Assembly: GCA_963810095.1 (NCBI GenBank)
Contig: CAWEMM010000011.1
Span: 288,001-352,000 of the forward strand
Reading direction: 5' to 3'
Source of the DNA: an uncultured Chloroflexia bacterium
GTDB taxonomy: Bacteria > Chloroflexota > Anaerolineae > CG2-30-64-16
DNA length: 64,000 nucleotides
Under the pieces are notes generated by a model that saw only the letters and a list, made by a program, of their open reading frames with translations, did no database searches and had not been told where the DNA came from. The position numbers and the translations under genes were made by a program. Position 1 is the stretch's first letter. The number at the start of each line of letters is the position of its first letter. Below, piece by piece: positions 32,081-41,288 of the stretch.

Positions 32081-32714
32081 ATGGAACCCCTGACGGTCCT
32101 CATCCTGGCCGGCGGCCAGAAGCTCACGCATGCGGCAGGACAAGGTCTGGCTCGATCTTGACAGCGCTCCGCTGGTCGAACACGTCGCCCGCCGGCTGCT
32201 GCCGCTAGCCAGTGAGATCATCTTTAGCTCGAACGACCCGGCAGCATTCGATGGCCTCATCGCTCGGCTGCCCATCCCGGCCCACGTGGCCATCGACCTC
32301 TATCCCGGAGCCGGACCCCTTGCCGGGCTGCATGCGGGGCTGCAGGCGGCCGCGTGCGACCTGGTGCTCGCCGTAGCAACCGACATGCCCTTTGTGAACC
32401 CCGCAGTGGCCGCGGCGATGGCCGCTGCTTGCGGGCCGGCCGACGCCGTGGTGCCCCGGCTTCATGCGCGGGGCTTCGATGCGCCCCAGCCCGAGCCGCT
32501 CCACGCGCTTTACCGCAAACGGTGTCTGCCCGCGGTCGAAGGGGCCCTCAAAGCGGGGCGCCGGCGGATGATAGGGTTTCTGCCCGATGTGAGCGTGTGC
32601 TACCTGGACGAAGATTTCCTGCGGGGCATCGACCCCGCGCTGAACTCGTTCCGGAACATCAACACCCCGGAGGAATGGGCCCGGGCCAAGGAGGAACTGA
32701 CCGGCCTAGGCTGA
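32081..32714 (+). CDS. mobA: Molybdenum cofactor guanylyltransferase, frameshift near 32120
   Basis: ILAGG..SRM.QDK, GPLAGLHAGL, DMPFV, EPLHALY, NINTPEE. Confidence 0.9.
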
Positions 32715-32764
32715 GGGGCGTTGGGACCCGGTGGCCCGGAGCGATGGGCGCGCGCCCGCTCTGC

Positions 32765-33187
32765 CTAAACGGCACAGCTCAAGTACAAGAGCGCTTCCCC
32801 GTAAGCCTCGCAGGCATCGCCACCCCTGAACGCGAGCGCCTCGCCCTTCCACTCGAACCGGCACGTGAACTCGCCGTCCGCGTAGAACAGGTCATACATG
32901 GGTTCGCCCTGCAGCGCGAGGACGTCATGGAGCCGCTGGCGCAGCTGGCCCTCGTCGGGCAGCCAGACGGCGTCCGCCAGGAGGACGTAGTCGAGCGCCC
33001 ACTCGGGCGTGCCGTGGAACGTAACTGCAGGCGTCCCTTGGAGCAACTCGATCACCGTCGCCATGTCGTTGATGACGAAGGTGCGATCGTCCAGATCACG
33101 ATCGAGAAGCGCGAACTTGTCGCCCTGCGCTGGCTCCCACTTGACGCCTGCTTCCTTGAGCCGCTTCGACATATCCAGGCTAATCAT
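32765..33187 (-). CDS. Conserved hypothetical protein
   Basis: MISLDMSKRLKEAGVKWEPAQGDKF...FHGTPEWALD...WLPDEGQLR; GAGGTG RBS; typical codon usage. Confidence 0.75.
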   Translation of the reverse strand: MISLDMSKRLKEAGVKWEPAQGDKFALLDRDLDDRTFVINDMATVIELLQGTPAVTFHGTPEWALDYVLLADAVWLPDEGQLRQRLHDVLALQGEPMYDLFYADGEFTCRFEWKGEALAFRGGDACEAYGEALLYLSCAV

Positions 33188-33550
33188 ACGCACCTCACCT
33201 CGCACGGGGACTCCTGGCCATTATCACCCGATATGGAAATCAAGCATGTAATGAAGCGCACGAACCAGAGCCCGTCGGAGGACCACCGGCAGCCGGTCCG
33301 TACGCGCACCGCACCCCGGTGTGCTTGCCGATCCGCGTGATTTGCGTTACGCTGCCCGAAATCTCGGATACGTCCCATTCGCATCCCGGCCGCCCCGGCC
33401 ACATTAGGCAACTGCGATGGAGCTTGCAGACCGCCGCACAAGAACGCGCCATATTACGCAAGCGTCACGCGTGGCTTTGCTCGCGTTCTGGCTCGGTCAT
33501 CCCGTAGAGCCCGATTGGGAGGGTTAACGCTCAGACAGGAGAAGGGGTCG

Positions 33551-34436
33551 GTGGCCCCCGCTTCATCCACGCTGCTTTCCGACCTCGTGGTTCTCTTCAA
33601 GCTGAGGATCGTCTTCCTGCTGCTCCTGGCCGCGGTCGGGGGCCTGTTCCTCGGCGCCCACGGCTGGCCGGGCGGCGGACCCCTGGCGCTGACCCTCGTG
33701 ACCGGCGGGCTCGCCGCCATGGGCAGCTCCGCGTGGAACCAGTACCTGGAGCGTGAGAGCGACGCGCAGATGACCCGGACGCGACGCAGGCCGCTCGTAA
33801 CCGGCGCGATTGCCCGGCCCAGCTGGGTGCCCTACGTGGCAACGGCGATGATCGCGCTGCCCGTCCTGGCGGTGCTGCCTTTCAACCCCGCGTTGGCGTT
33901 CTTTCTGTCGCTCGGCGCATTCATCTACGTGGTCATCTACACGGTCTGGCTCAAGCCGCGCACGCCCCTGAACATCGTGATCGGCGGGGCGGCAGGGAGC
34001 GCGGCCGTGCTGGCCGGCGCAGCCGCGGCCAACGCCTGGACGGACCCCGGCGTGATCGCCTTGGCGATCCTGCTCTTCTTCTGGACGCCGATACATTTCT
34101 GGGCGCTGGCGCTGGTCTATCGGGAAGACTATGCTCGCGCGAAGGTCCCGATGTTGCCGGTGACGTCGGCGCCGCGCGACGGCCGCGGCCTGGGGCTTCG
34201 TGCACGGTGTGGGTGCGGGGCTGGCAGGAATGGCCATGGCCTTCCTACCCTACCTGGGGCTGGTCTACACCGTGCCGGTGGCGATCATTACGGCGATCCT
34301 GCTGTTTCAAAGTGCGGCCCTGATCGTCGAGCCAACCAAACGCAGGGCGTATGGGGTCTTTCACACCTCGAACCTGTATCTCTTGATCGTCTTGTTGGCC
34401 GTGGTCGCCGGCTCGGTGATACGATTCCCGCGCTAG
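33551..34436 (+). CDS. cyoE: Protoheme IX farnesyltransferase (heme O synthase), frameshift near 34175
   Basis: KLRIV, NQYLERESDAQMTRTRRRPL, YTVWLKPRT..NIVIGG, FWTPIHFWAL...DY. Confidence 0.9.
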
Positions 34437-34447
34437 AAGGCTGCTAA

Positions 34448-34514
34448 CGACAAAGGCACGAAGACGCAGGGCACAAGGGCTTTGTGTGCCTTGGTGTCTT
34501 CGTGCCTTTGTGGC
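34448..34514. repeat. Palindromic repeat family B, copy 2, between convergent cyoE and galE
   Basis: cgacaaaggcacgaagacgcaggg...ccttggtgtcttcgtgcctttgtggc. Confidence 0.7.
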
Positions 34515-35488
34515 TAGCGATCGTATCCGTTTGGAAATCTGCTGCGCCACTCCCACGCACTAGCCATGATATCGATCAGGCCGGCCACCCGGGGCTGCCA
34601 GCCCAAGAGCTCGCGCGCACACGTAGCATCCGCCACCAGGATCGCCGCGTCGCCGGGCCGCCGCGGAAACTCGTCGGCGGGGATGGCATGGCCGGTCACC
34701 TGCCGGGCTGCGTCGATCACCTCCCGCACCGAATAGCCCGCACCGTTGCCGAGATTGCAGGTGAGCGAATCGTGCCTTGCAAGTGCGTCCAGCGCCAGCA
34801 CGTGAGCCGACGCCAGGTCGCTCACGTGGATGTAGTCGCGGATGCAGGTTCCGTCGCGCGTGGGGTAATCCGTGCCGTAGATTCTGATCTTCTCGCGCTT
34901 ACCCTGCGCCACCTGCAGCACCAGCGGGATGAGGTGGCTCTCAGGCTGGTGATCCTCGCCCAGCCGGCCCATTGCGCCGCACGCGTTGAAGTAACGCAGG
35001 ACGCCGTAGCGCAGCCCCTTGATCTGCCGGTACCACGCCAGCATCTGCTCGACCCACAGCTTCGACGCGCCATACGCGTTGACCGGCGCAATGGGGTCGG
35101 TCTCCTTGATCGGCTCGTCCTGCCCTGCGTACACCGCCGCGGTCGACGAAAAGACGAAGCGCCCGACGCCGTGCCGCACCGCGTTCTCGATCAGGTTGAG
35201 CGCGCCGCAGGTATTGTTCTCGAAGAACTTGCCGGGATCGATCATCGACTCGCCGGCCTCGATGTAGGCAGCAAAATGGATGATGGCGTCGAAGCCACGA
35301 GACATGCATCCCGCGACGGCCTCCTTGTCACGGATGTCGCCCTGACAGAATGCAGCGCCCTGCGCAAGCGCAGCCCTGTGCCCTGTGACCAGGTTATCGA
35401 ACACGGTTACGTCGTGGCCTGCCTCGAGCAGCGCGGCGGTAGTGACGCTGCCGATGTAGCCCGCGCCCCCGGTGACCAAGACCCTCAT
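34514..35488 (-). CDS. galE: UDP-glucose 4-epimerase
   Basis: VTGGAGYIGS, FSSTAAVY, YGASK, LRYFNACG, RDYIHVSDLA. Confidence 0.95.
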   Translation of the reverse strand: MRVLVTGGAGYIGSVTTAALLEAGHDVTVFDNLVTGHRAALAQGAAFCQGDIRDKEAVAGCMSRGFDAIIHFAAYIEAGESMIDPGKFFENNTCGALNLIENAVRHGVGRFVFSSTAAVYAGQDEPIKETDPIAPVNAYGASKLWVEQMLAWYRQIKGLRYGVLRYFNACGAMGRLGEDHQPESHLIPLVLQVAQGKREKIRIYGTDYPTRDGTCIRDYIHVSDLASAHVLALDALARHDSLTCNLGNGAGYSVREVIDAARQVTGHAIPADEFPRRPGDAAILVADATCARELLGWQPRVAGLIDIMASAWEWRSRFPNGYDR

Positions 35489-35541
35489 CAGGATTCCTCC
35501 CCCGTTAGCGTCGCGGAACTTGCCATTCCTTGCGACACGGA

Positions 35542-36090
35542 TCAACGTTTGAGATCGGCGAGATGTTCTTTACGAAACTTGGCTACCTTCGGCGCAATAA
35601 TGGCCTGACAGTAGCCCTGGTAGGGGTTGCGCGCAAAATACTCCTGGTGATACGCCTCGGCCGGGTAGAACCGCTCAAACGGCGTAATCTCCGTGACGAT
35701 GCGCCTGTCCCATAACTTTCTCGCAGTCAGATCGGCAATCACCTGCTCGGCCGTCGCCTTCTGCTCGGGCGAATGATAGAAAATGGCCGAGCGATACTGG
35801 GGGCCCACGTCCGCGCCTTGGCGGTTGAGCGTCGTCGGGTCGTGGATGGTGAAGAACACTTCGAGGATTTGCCGGAAGGAGATGACTGCGGGATCGAATG
35901 TCACCTGCACGACTTCCGCGTGCCCCGTGCGCCCGCCGCACACCTGCTCGTAGCTCGGCTCCACGACCTGTCCGCCGGAATAGCCCGACACGACGTCGGT
36001 GACCCCCCGCAACTGATCGTAGACCGCCTCCAGGCACCAAAAACAGCCACCCCCGAGGGTGGCAACTTCAAGATTGTTGTTCTCGGGCAT
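35542..36090 (-). CDS. msrA: Peptide methionine sulfoxide reductase A
   Basis: GGGCFWC, TGHAEVVQ, QYRSAIF, AEAYHQEY. Confidence 0.95.
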   Translation of the reverse strand: MPENNNLEVATLGGGCFWCLEAVYDQLRGVTDVVSGYSGGQVVEPSYEQVCGGRTGHAEVVQVTFDPAVISFRQILEVFFTIHDPTTLNRQGADVGPQYRSAIFYHSPEQKATAEQVIADLTARKLWDRRIVTEITPFERFYPAEAYHQEYFARNPYQGYCQAIIAPKVAKFRKEHLADLKR

Positions 36091-36101
36091 CGTAGCTCCT
36101 G

Positions 36102-36217
36102 AATAGGACACTGATTTTACTGATGCAACAGACTACCCTGATCTTCGCAGCGCTACCGCAAGCAAGTTTCCGAAGGATCACGGCGATCGGTCAAATCAGT
36201 CTAATCAGCGTCCTATT
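36102..36217. repeat. Palindromic repeat family A, copy 3
   Basis: aataggacactgattttactgatgcaacagact...atcggtcaaatcagtctaatcagcgtcctatt. Confidence 0.8.
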
Positions 36218-36230
36218 GAGCTTACGTCGC

Positions 36231-37715
36231 TTACTTGATGCCCATCGTCAGGTTGTACTCTTCGATGGCCGCAGTCACGGATGCGGCGGCCTTGTCGAGC
36301 GCCTGCTGCGGCGTCGACTTGCCTGCCAGCACCTCTTCGATCGCGCCTTCGATGGTGGCGCGGGCGCTGGGGAAGACGCCGATCAGGCCGCCCTGGGTGA
36401 AGCGGTTGTTCGGCGACGCGTGCAGCTGGTCGATCGCGGTCTGGAACGCCGGGTACTTGGCGCGCCATTCTTTGTCAAGCGCTTCGTCGTAAGCGGCCTT
36501 GCGGATCGGGTAGTAGCCCGACATGGTGTGCCAGTAAGCCTGCTGCGGCGGTGCTGAGACGAACTTGATGAACTCCCACGCGCACTGCTGCTCTTCCGCG
36601 GGCCGGTCCTTCAGGATCCAGACCGAGGCGCCGCCGATGATCGTGCCCGACTTGTTGTAGGCTTCCTCATTGGGGCGCGGCAGGTAAGCCGTGCCGAGCT
36701 CAAACTTGCCCTTCGCGCCGTCCATCATGCCGCGCAGCGTGGCAGTCGATTCGATGATCATGGCGGTCTGCCCGGCCATGAACGCGTTGCGGGTGTCGAC
36801 GGTCTTGCGGCCGAGGTTGCCCATCGTGCCCGCGTCGTACATCCGCTTCCAGAGGTCGAGGACCGCAACGCCTTCGGGGCTGTTGAACACGGCCTTGGTG
36901 GCAGGCGCCGCCCGGCCGTTCTCGTTGTCCGCATAGTACGCGCCGGATGCGGCCAGGAGTTGCTCGAAGAACCAGCCGTAGATGGCCCAGGTGGCGCCGG
37001 GCACGGTGACTTTGCCGTTGGCGTCCTTCTGCGTCAGCTTGGCGGCGGCATCTTCGAACTCGGCCCAGGTGCGCGGCGGCTTCTCAGGGTCCAGCCCGGC
37101 CTTCTTGAACATGTCCTTGTTGTAGTAAAGCATCGGGTTGGACGTATTGAACGGCATCGACCACTGCTTGCCGTCGACGGTGTAGTAGGCCAAGACGTTC
37201 GGCTCGAGGTCGGAGACGTCGTACTTCTCCTTGTCGATGAAGTCCTGTACCGGCGTCGCCACCTTGAGGTCAACCATCAGGCGGGTGCCGATGTCAAACA
37301 GCTGGACGACCGCGGGGATCGCCTTCGACTGCAGGCCGGCCTTGAGCTTGTTGAGCGAGTCATCATACGAGCCCTGGTAGGTCGGCGTGACGTAGCACTT
37401 CTCCTGCGACATGTTGAAGTCGGTGGCGAGCTTGGGGATCGCCTTGCCGCCGATGTCGCCGGCCATGCTGTGCCAGAAATCGATCTTAACGGCGCCCGGC
37501 GGAACGGGCGCGCCCGTGGGCGTGGGCGGCGGGGTGTTCGTCGGCGCGGCCGCAGTGCCGGCCGGGGCGGTGGTTGCTGCGGCTGCGGCCGGAGCTTGCG
37601 TCGCCGCGGCCTGCGGCGCGGCGGTTGGCGCTGGCGCCGCGGGCGTCGCGCACGCGGACAGCACCATGCTGAGCACCACCAGGATGCACAGCACTGACCA
37701 AAGGGACCTCTTCAT
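36231..37715 (-). CDS. CUT1 ABC substrate-binding lipoprotein, UgpB-like
   Basis: Lipobox LSAC, Pro/Ala linker, FWHSM, YQGSYDD, MPFNTSNPMLYYNKD, GGASVWI, SGYYPI. Confidence 0.88.
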   Translation of the reverse strand: MKRSLWSVLCILVVLSMVLSACATPAAPAPTAAPQAAATQAPAAAAATTAPAGTAAAPTNTPPPTPTGAPVPPGAVKIDFWHSMAGDIGGKAIPKLATDFNMSQEKCYVTPTYQGSYDDSLNKLKAGLQSKAIPAVVQLFDIGTRLMVDLKVATPVQDFIDKEKYDVSDLEPNVLAYYTVDGKQWSMPFNTSNPMLYYNKDMFKKAGLDPEKPPRTWAEFEDAAAKLTQKDANGKVTVPGATWAIYGWFFEQLLAASGAYYADNENGRAAPATKAVFNSPEGVAVLDLWKRMYDAGTMGNLGRKTVDTRNAFMAGQTAMIIESTATLRGMMDGAKGKFELGTAYLPRPNEEAYNKSGTIIGGASVWILKDRPAEEQQCAWEFIKFVSAPPQQAYWHTMSGYYPIRKAAYDEALDKEWRAKYPAFQTAIDQLHASPNNRFTQGGLIGVFPSARATIEGAIEEVLAGKSTPQQALDKAAASVTAAIEEYNLTMGIK

Positions 37716-37824
37716 CTCTTTCTCCTCTCGACGATGAAAGATCGGCGGGCGCCTGGACGGCTGTCCTTGGGTGCTCTGCCGCCACAGACGGTCCTGTGAA
37801 GCGGCAAAGCAGCCAGGTGAAAGG

Positions 37825-38659
37825 TCAGCCCTTAACCGCGCCCGCCGTGAGACCGCGAATCAGTTGGCGGTTGCCAACGATGAACAGGATGAACGTCGGG
37901 ATGAGGATCAACACGACGCCCGCCATGACGATGTTGAACATAAACCGCTCCTGGTCTTGCAGCAGCGCGATGCCGATCTGCACGGTCCGCATCTGCTGGT
38001 TGTTCGTGATGAGGAGCGGCCACAGGTACTGGTTATAGGTCTGCAGAAAACTGTAGACCGCGAGGGTGCCCAGGGCCGGCCGTGCCAGGGGCAGGACGAT
38101 GGTCGTCAGGAACCGGAGGTCGCCGCTGCCGTCGATCGTCGCTGCGTCGTGCAGCTCGTTTGGCAGCGTGAGGAAGAACTGGCGCAGCAGGAACGTGCCG
38201 AATGCGGTGGCAACGAACGGAGCGCTGAGCCCCTGGAAGGTGTCGGTCCAGCCAATCGACTTGATCGTCAGGTAGTTCGGGATGATCGTCGCTTCCCACG
38301 GAATCATCATGGTGGACAGGAAGACCAGGAACAGCAAGTTGCGGCCGTGGAACTTGATGAACGCGAAGGCGTAGGCCGCGAGGCTGGCCGTGATCAACTG
38401 GCCGAGCATCACGATGGTCGACTGGACGACGCTGTTGAAGAGGTAGCGCGCGAGGGGCGCCTGTTCAAGCGCGCTCTTGAAGTTGTCCAGCGTCAGCTGC
38501 GTCGGGTCGCAGCAGCGGCGGATAGGAGGCGACCTCCGCGTCGGTAAGCTGGCTGATGGTGAAGGCCGACCACAGCGGGAAAAGCACGAGCAGCGCGACG
38601 ATGACCAGCAGCGCGTACCAGAAGATGCCTGAAACAGTGCGACGTTGTGCGAAGGTCAT
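37825..38659 (-). CDS. CUT1 ABC permease, UgpE-like, frameshift near 38505
   Basis: LAAYAFA, FLLRQFF, DAATIDG (EAA motif), YNQYLWPLL. Confidence 0.88.
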
Positions 38660-38671
38660 GCGGCGAATCCT

Positions 38672-39631
38672 CTATTCGTAGTGGACCCGTTTCTCCACCA
38701 CCCCGAACTGGACGACGGTCAGGGCGAGGATGATCAAGAAGAGCATGATCGACTGCGCGGCCGCGTAGCCGTACTTGCCGTTGAAGTAGAACTCCCGGTA
38801 GATCGAGTAGACGAGCGTGTTCGTCGACTCGAGCGGCCCGCCCGCGGTCATGACATGGATTTGCGTGAACACCTGGAACGCGGCGAGCGAATCGACGATC
38901 AGCAGGAAGAAGAGCGTCGGCGAGAGGAGCGGCAGCGTGATGTGCCGGAACTTGGCCCACGATGTCGCACCGTCAATCATCGCGCTCTCGTACAGCTCGT
39001 CCGAGATGCCCTGCATGCCGGCAAGCAAAATCACGGTGTTGAGCCCGAGCGATAACCAGACTGTGGTGAACGCGACCGAGAGCAGTGCCGTCTGGTCGCT
39101 GATCAGCCATGGCACGGCCGGGATGCCGAACAGGCTTAAGATGTAGTTCAGCCAGCCAAGGACCGGATGGTAGAGATAGGTAAAGATGAGGGCAGCAGTG
39201 GCGCCGGAAACCGCAATGGTGATGGAGAACACCAGGCGGAAAATATCGATGCGGCGCAGACGTAGGTTGCCCAGCAATGCGAGCGCCATGGCGACGACGA
39301 GGGTGGTCGGCACGGTATAGAGCACGAACTGGACCGAGCGCAGGAGGCTGTTTCGGAACTCGGGCGAGGCGAACAGGCGCTGGTACTGCAGCGTGCCCAC
39401 GAACTTCACTGCCCGGCCCAAGGGATCGGTCAGGTACGTGCTGAGCTTGATCGACTGCAGGAGCGGGATGAAGACAAAAGCAACGAAGATGATGAGCGCG
39501 GGCGTGAGAAAGAGCAACGCCTTAAGGAAGGACTTGATTTCGCGCTGCTGGGGCCCGGTGAGCCCGAAAGGACCCGTGGGTAGAACCCGGACGCTGCCGG
39601 CCGGCGAACTGCCAGTAGTGGACTTGGTCAT
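38672..39631 (-). CDS. CUT1 ABC permease, UgpA-like
   Basis: LAGMQGISDELYESAMIDGA, ITLPLLSPT, MTAGGP. Confidence 0.9.
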   Translation of the reverse strand: MTKSTTGSSPAGSVRVLPTGPFGLTGPQQREIKSFLKALLFLTPALIIFVAFVFIPLLQSIKLSTYLTDPLGRAVKFVGTLQYQRLFASPEFRNSLLRSVQFVLYTVPTTLVVAMALALLGNLRLRRIDIFRLVFSITIAVSGATAALIFTYLYHPVLGWLNYILSLFGIPAVPWLISDQTALLSVAFTTVWLSLGLNTVILLAGMQGISDELYESAMIDGATSWAKFRHITLPLLSPTLFFLLIVDSLAAFQVFTQIHVMTAGGPLESTNTLVYSIYREFYFNGKYGYAAAQSIMLFLIILALTVVQFGVVEKRVHYE

Positions 39632-39687
39632 TGTCTCGCTCGGTCAATGGTCACTGCAATGTGCCCAATGCAACGGAGGGCAGTTCG

Positions 39688-39716
39688 AGTATAACAGATG
39701 GCGCGAGGCGCGTCAA
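39688..39716 (-). promoter_or_regulatory. Sigma70-type promoter of the ugp-like operon
   Basis: Minus strand TTGACG-N17-TATACT. Confidence 0.7.
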
Positions 39717-39749
39717 TGCGACGGCGCAGGCTTTGGGCGCACGCCGCGT

Positions 39750-41147
39750 TCAGCCGCCCTTTGTGAGGCTGAATGTGAACTTGCCCGTACGGTTACCGTT
39801 GGCGGACACCCCGTTGGCGTCGCGCGCACGCACCACGTAGAAGTAGTTGTGCTGTACGTCGAACGCGACGTCGGGCTGGCTGAAGCTCAATGCGGCACTA
39901 TCCTGGTCCGGCGTGCTGTCGGGCGTGAAGTAGGGGTCGCTGGCGAACCAGACCCGGTATCCCGTCGCGCCCGTCACGGCGTCCCACGAGAGCTCCACGT
40001 CGTCGGTGCCCGAGGGGATGCGGATGCGAACGCGTGGGGCGGCGAGGCCGAGAATGACACGTGCGAGCTTATTTCGCCCCTGGTCGACCAGCCACACATC
40101 GCCACCTGCCGCAATGCCGAAGGGCGCCGCGTCGACAGGCATGCGAAATGTCTGCCAGTCACCCTGCGTATAGAGTGCGGTGTAGGTCTGAGCGACCCAG
40201 GCAGGTGTGGGTGCCGAAGAGGTGACGGTCGTCGCGGGTGAGGGCGTCACCGGAGCGCAGTCGGGGGTTACAGGCCGGGAACCGCGCTTGCTAGTGCGGC
40301 CCGTGCCGCCCGTGGCGCCGGTGCTGAAGTGGCCGAACGCCGACGGTCCGCTCGGGTCCAGCATCGTCAGCCAGATCAGGTTGCCGTCGATCGACAGCAG
40401 TTCTGGGTAGAGGCTTTGAGGCAAGTCAAACTCGGTGTAGTTGTCCTGCCCCGGCGTCAGCCGGCCCAGGTAGTCGAGCCCGGCGTCGCTCCACCAGACA
40501 TTGTGGCTCGCATCCACGGCAACGCCGAGCGGATTGGCCGACGAGCGCAGCGGCCACCAATACCAGGTGTTCTTGCTCGCATCGAACTGCACGATGCGAA
40601 GGTTGTAGGAGTCTCCAAGCCAGACGCTCGCACCGTCGGTCGTAACATACGTGCCCACCCCGCCGTCGGGGATCAGGTACTTGCAGAGGTTATTGGTGTT
40701 CGGGTTTAGGCTGTACAGGTACGACAGCCAGTAGTCGGACGCCCAGACGACGCCCTGGCTGTCAATCGCGGTCGTATACAGGCCACCACTCCCTGTGACC
40801 TGCCAGGAAGTCCGCTGATTGTTGCCCGTGTCCAGGCGGTTGAGACGGTCTGAGCCGAGGTCGCCCCACCAAACCTTCCCTGCGCCGTCGCCACGGGCGT
40901 CGGACGGCTGCCCGCCCACGCTGTACACCTCGAGCGCGCCCGTGCCGGTGTCGAAGCGCCAGAGCTCGGCGGGCGACTGGTGCGTCACCCACAGCATCCC
41001 CTGCCCGTCGAGGTTCGCCTGGAACGGCTGGCCCTCGGGCGCCAGGTTGGTTTCCTCGCCCGTCTGGTCTCCGGCGAACGCGGGCGCGGCAACCAGCGCA
41101 AGGCACGTAGCGAGCATGACGGCAAAGACAGCGGGGGCTCTGCGCAT
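39750..41147 (-). CDS. Secreted Vgb-like beta-propeller with C-terminal FnIII-like domain
   Basis: Signal peptide ending AFA; ~40-aa D..G.VW blade repeats; VELSWDAV.GATGYRVW...YFYVVRA. Confidence 0.8.
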   Translation of the reverse strand: MRRAPAVFAVMLATCLALVAAPAFAGDQTGEETNLAPEGQPFQANLDGQGMLWVTHQSPAELWRFDTGTGALEVYSVGGQPSDARGDGAGKVWWGDLGSDRLNRLDTGNNQRTSWQVTGSGGLYTTAIDSQGVVWASDYWLSYLYSLNPNTNNLCKYLIPDGGVGTYVTTDGASVWLGDSYNLRIVQFDASKNTWYWWPLRSSANPLGVAVDASHNVWWSDAGLDYLGRLTPGQDNYTEFDLPQSLYPELLSIDGNLIWLTMLDPSGPSAFGHFSTGATGGTGRTSKRGSRPVTPDCAPVTPSPATTVTSSAPTPAWVAQTYTALYTQGDWQTFRMPVDAAPFGIAAGGDVWLVDQGRNKLARVILGLAAPRVRIRIPSGTDDVELSWDAVTGATGYRVWFASDPYFTPDSTPDQDSAALSFSQPDVAFDVQHNYFYVVRARDANGVSANGNRTGKFTFSLTKGG

Positions 41148-41246
41148 GGTGGCAACTCCGTCCGGCGAGCCGTGTAGGGCCAGGCTGGGACCGGGGGCCG
41201 CGGCCGGGCCTCCTGTACGAAGGCCCGGCGGCAGGGTAGTCGATGG

Positions 41247-41275
41247 CCGGGAGCGGAGGACTGCTCCGCTCCCGG
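41247..41275 (-). terminator. Strong hairpin downstream of the giant repeat gene
   Basis: ccgggagcggag-gactg-ctccgctcccgg, about 14 bp after the stop; no clear U-tract. Confidence 0.55.
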
Positions 41276-41288
41276 AAAGACTCAGGAC

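Noticed and set aside
36231-39631. ABC operon lacking an ATPase gene
   Set aside because: CUT1 systems commonly share an ATPase encoded elsewhere.
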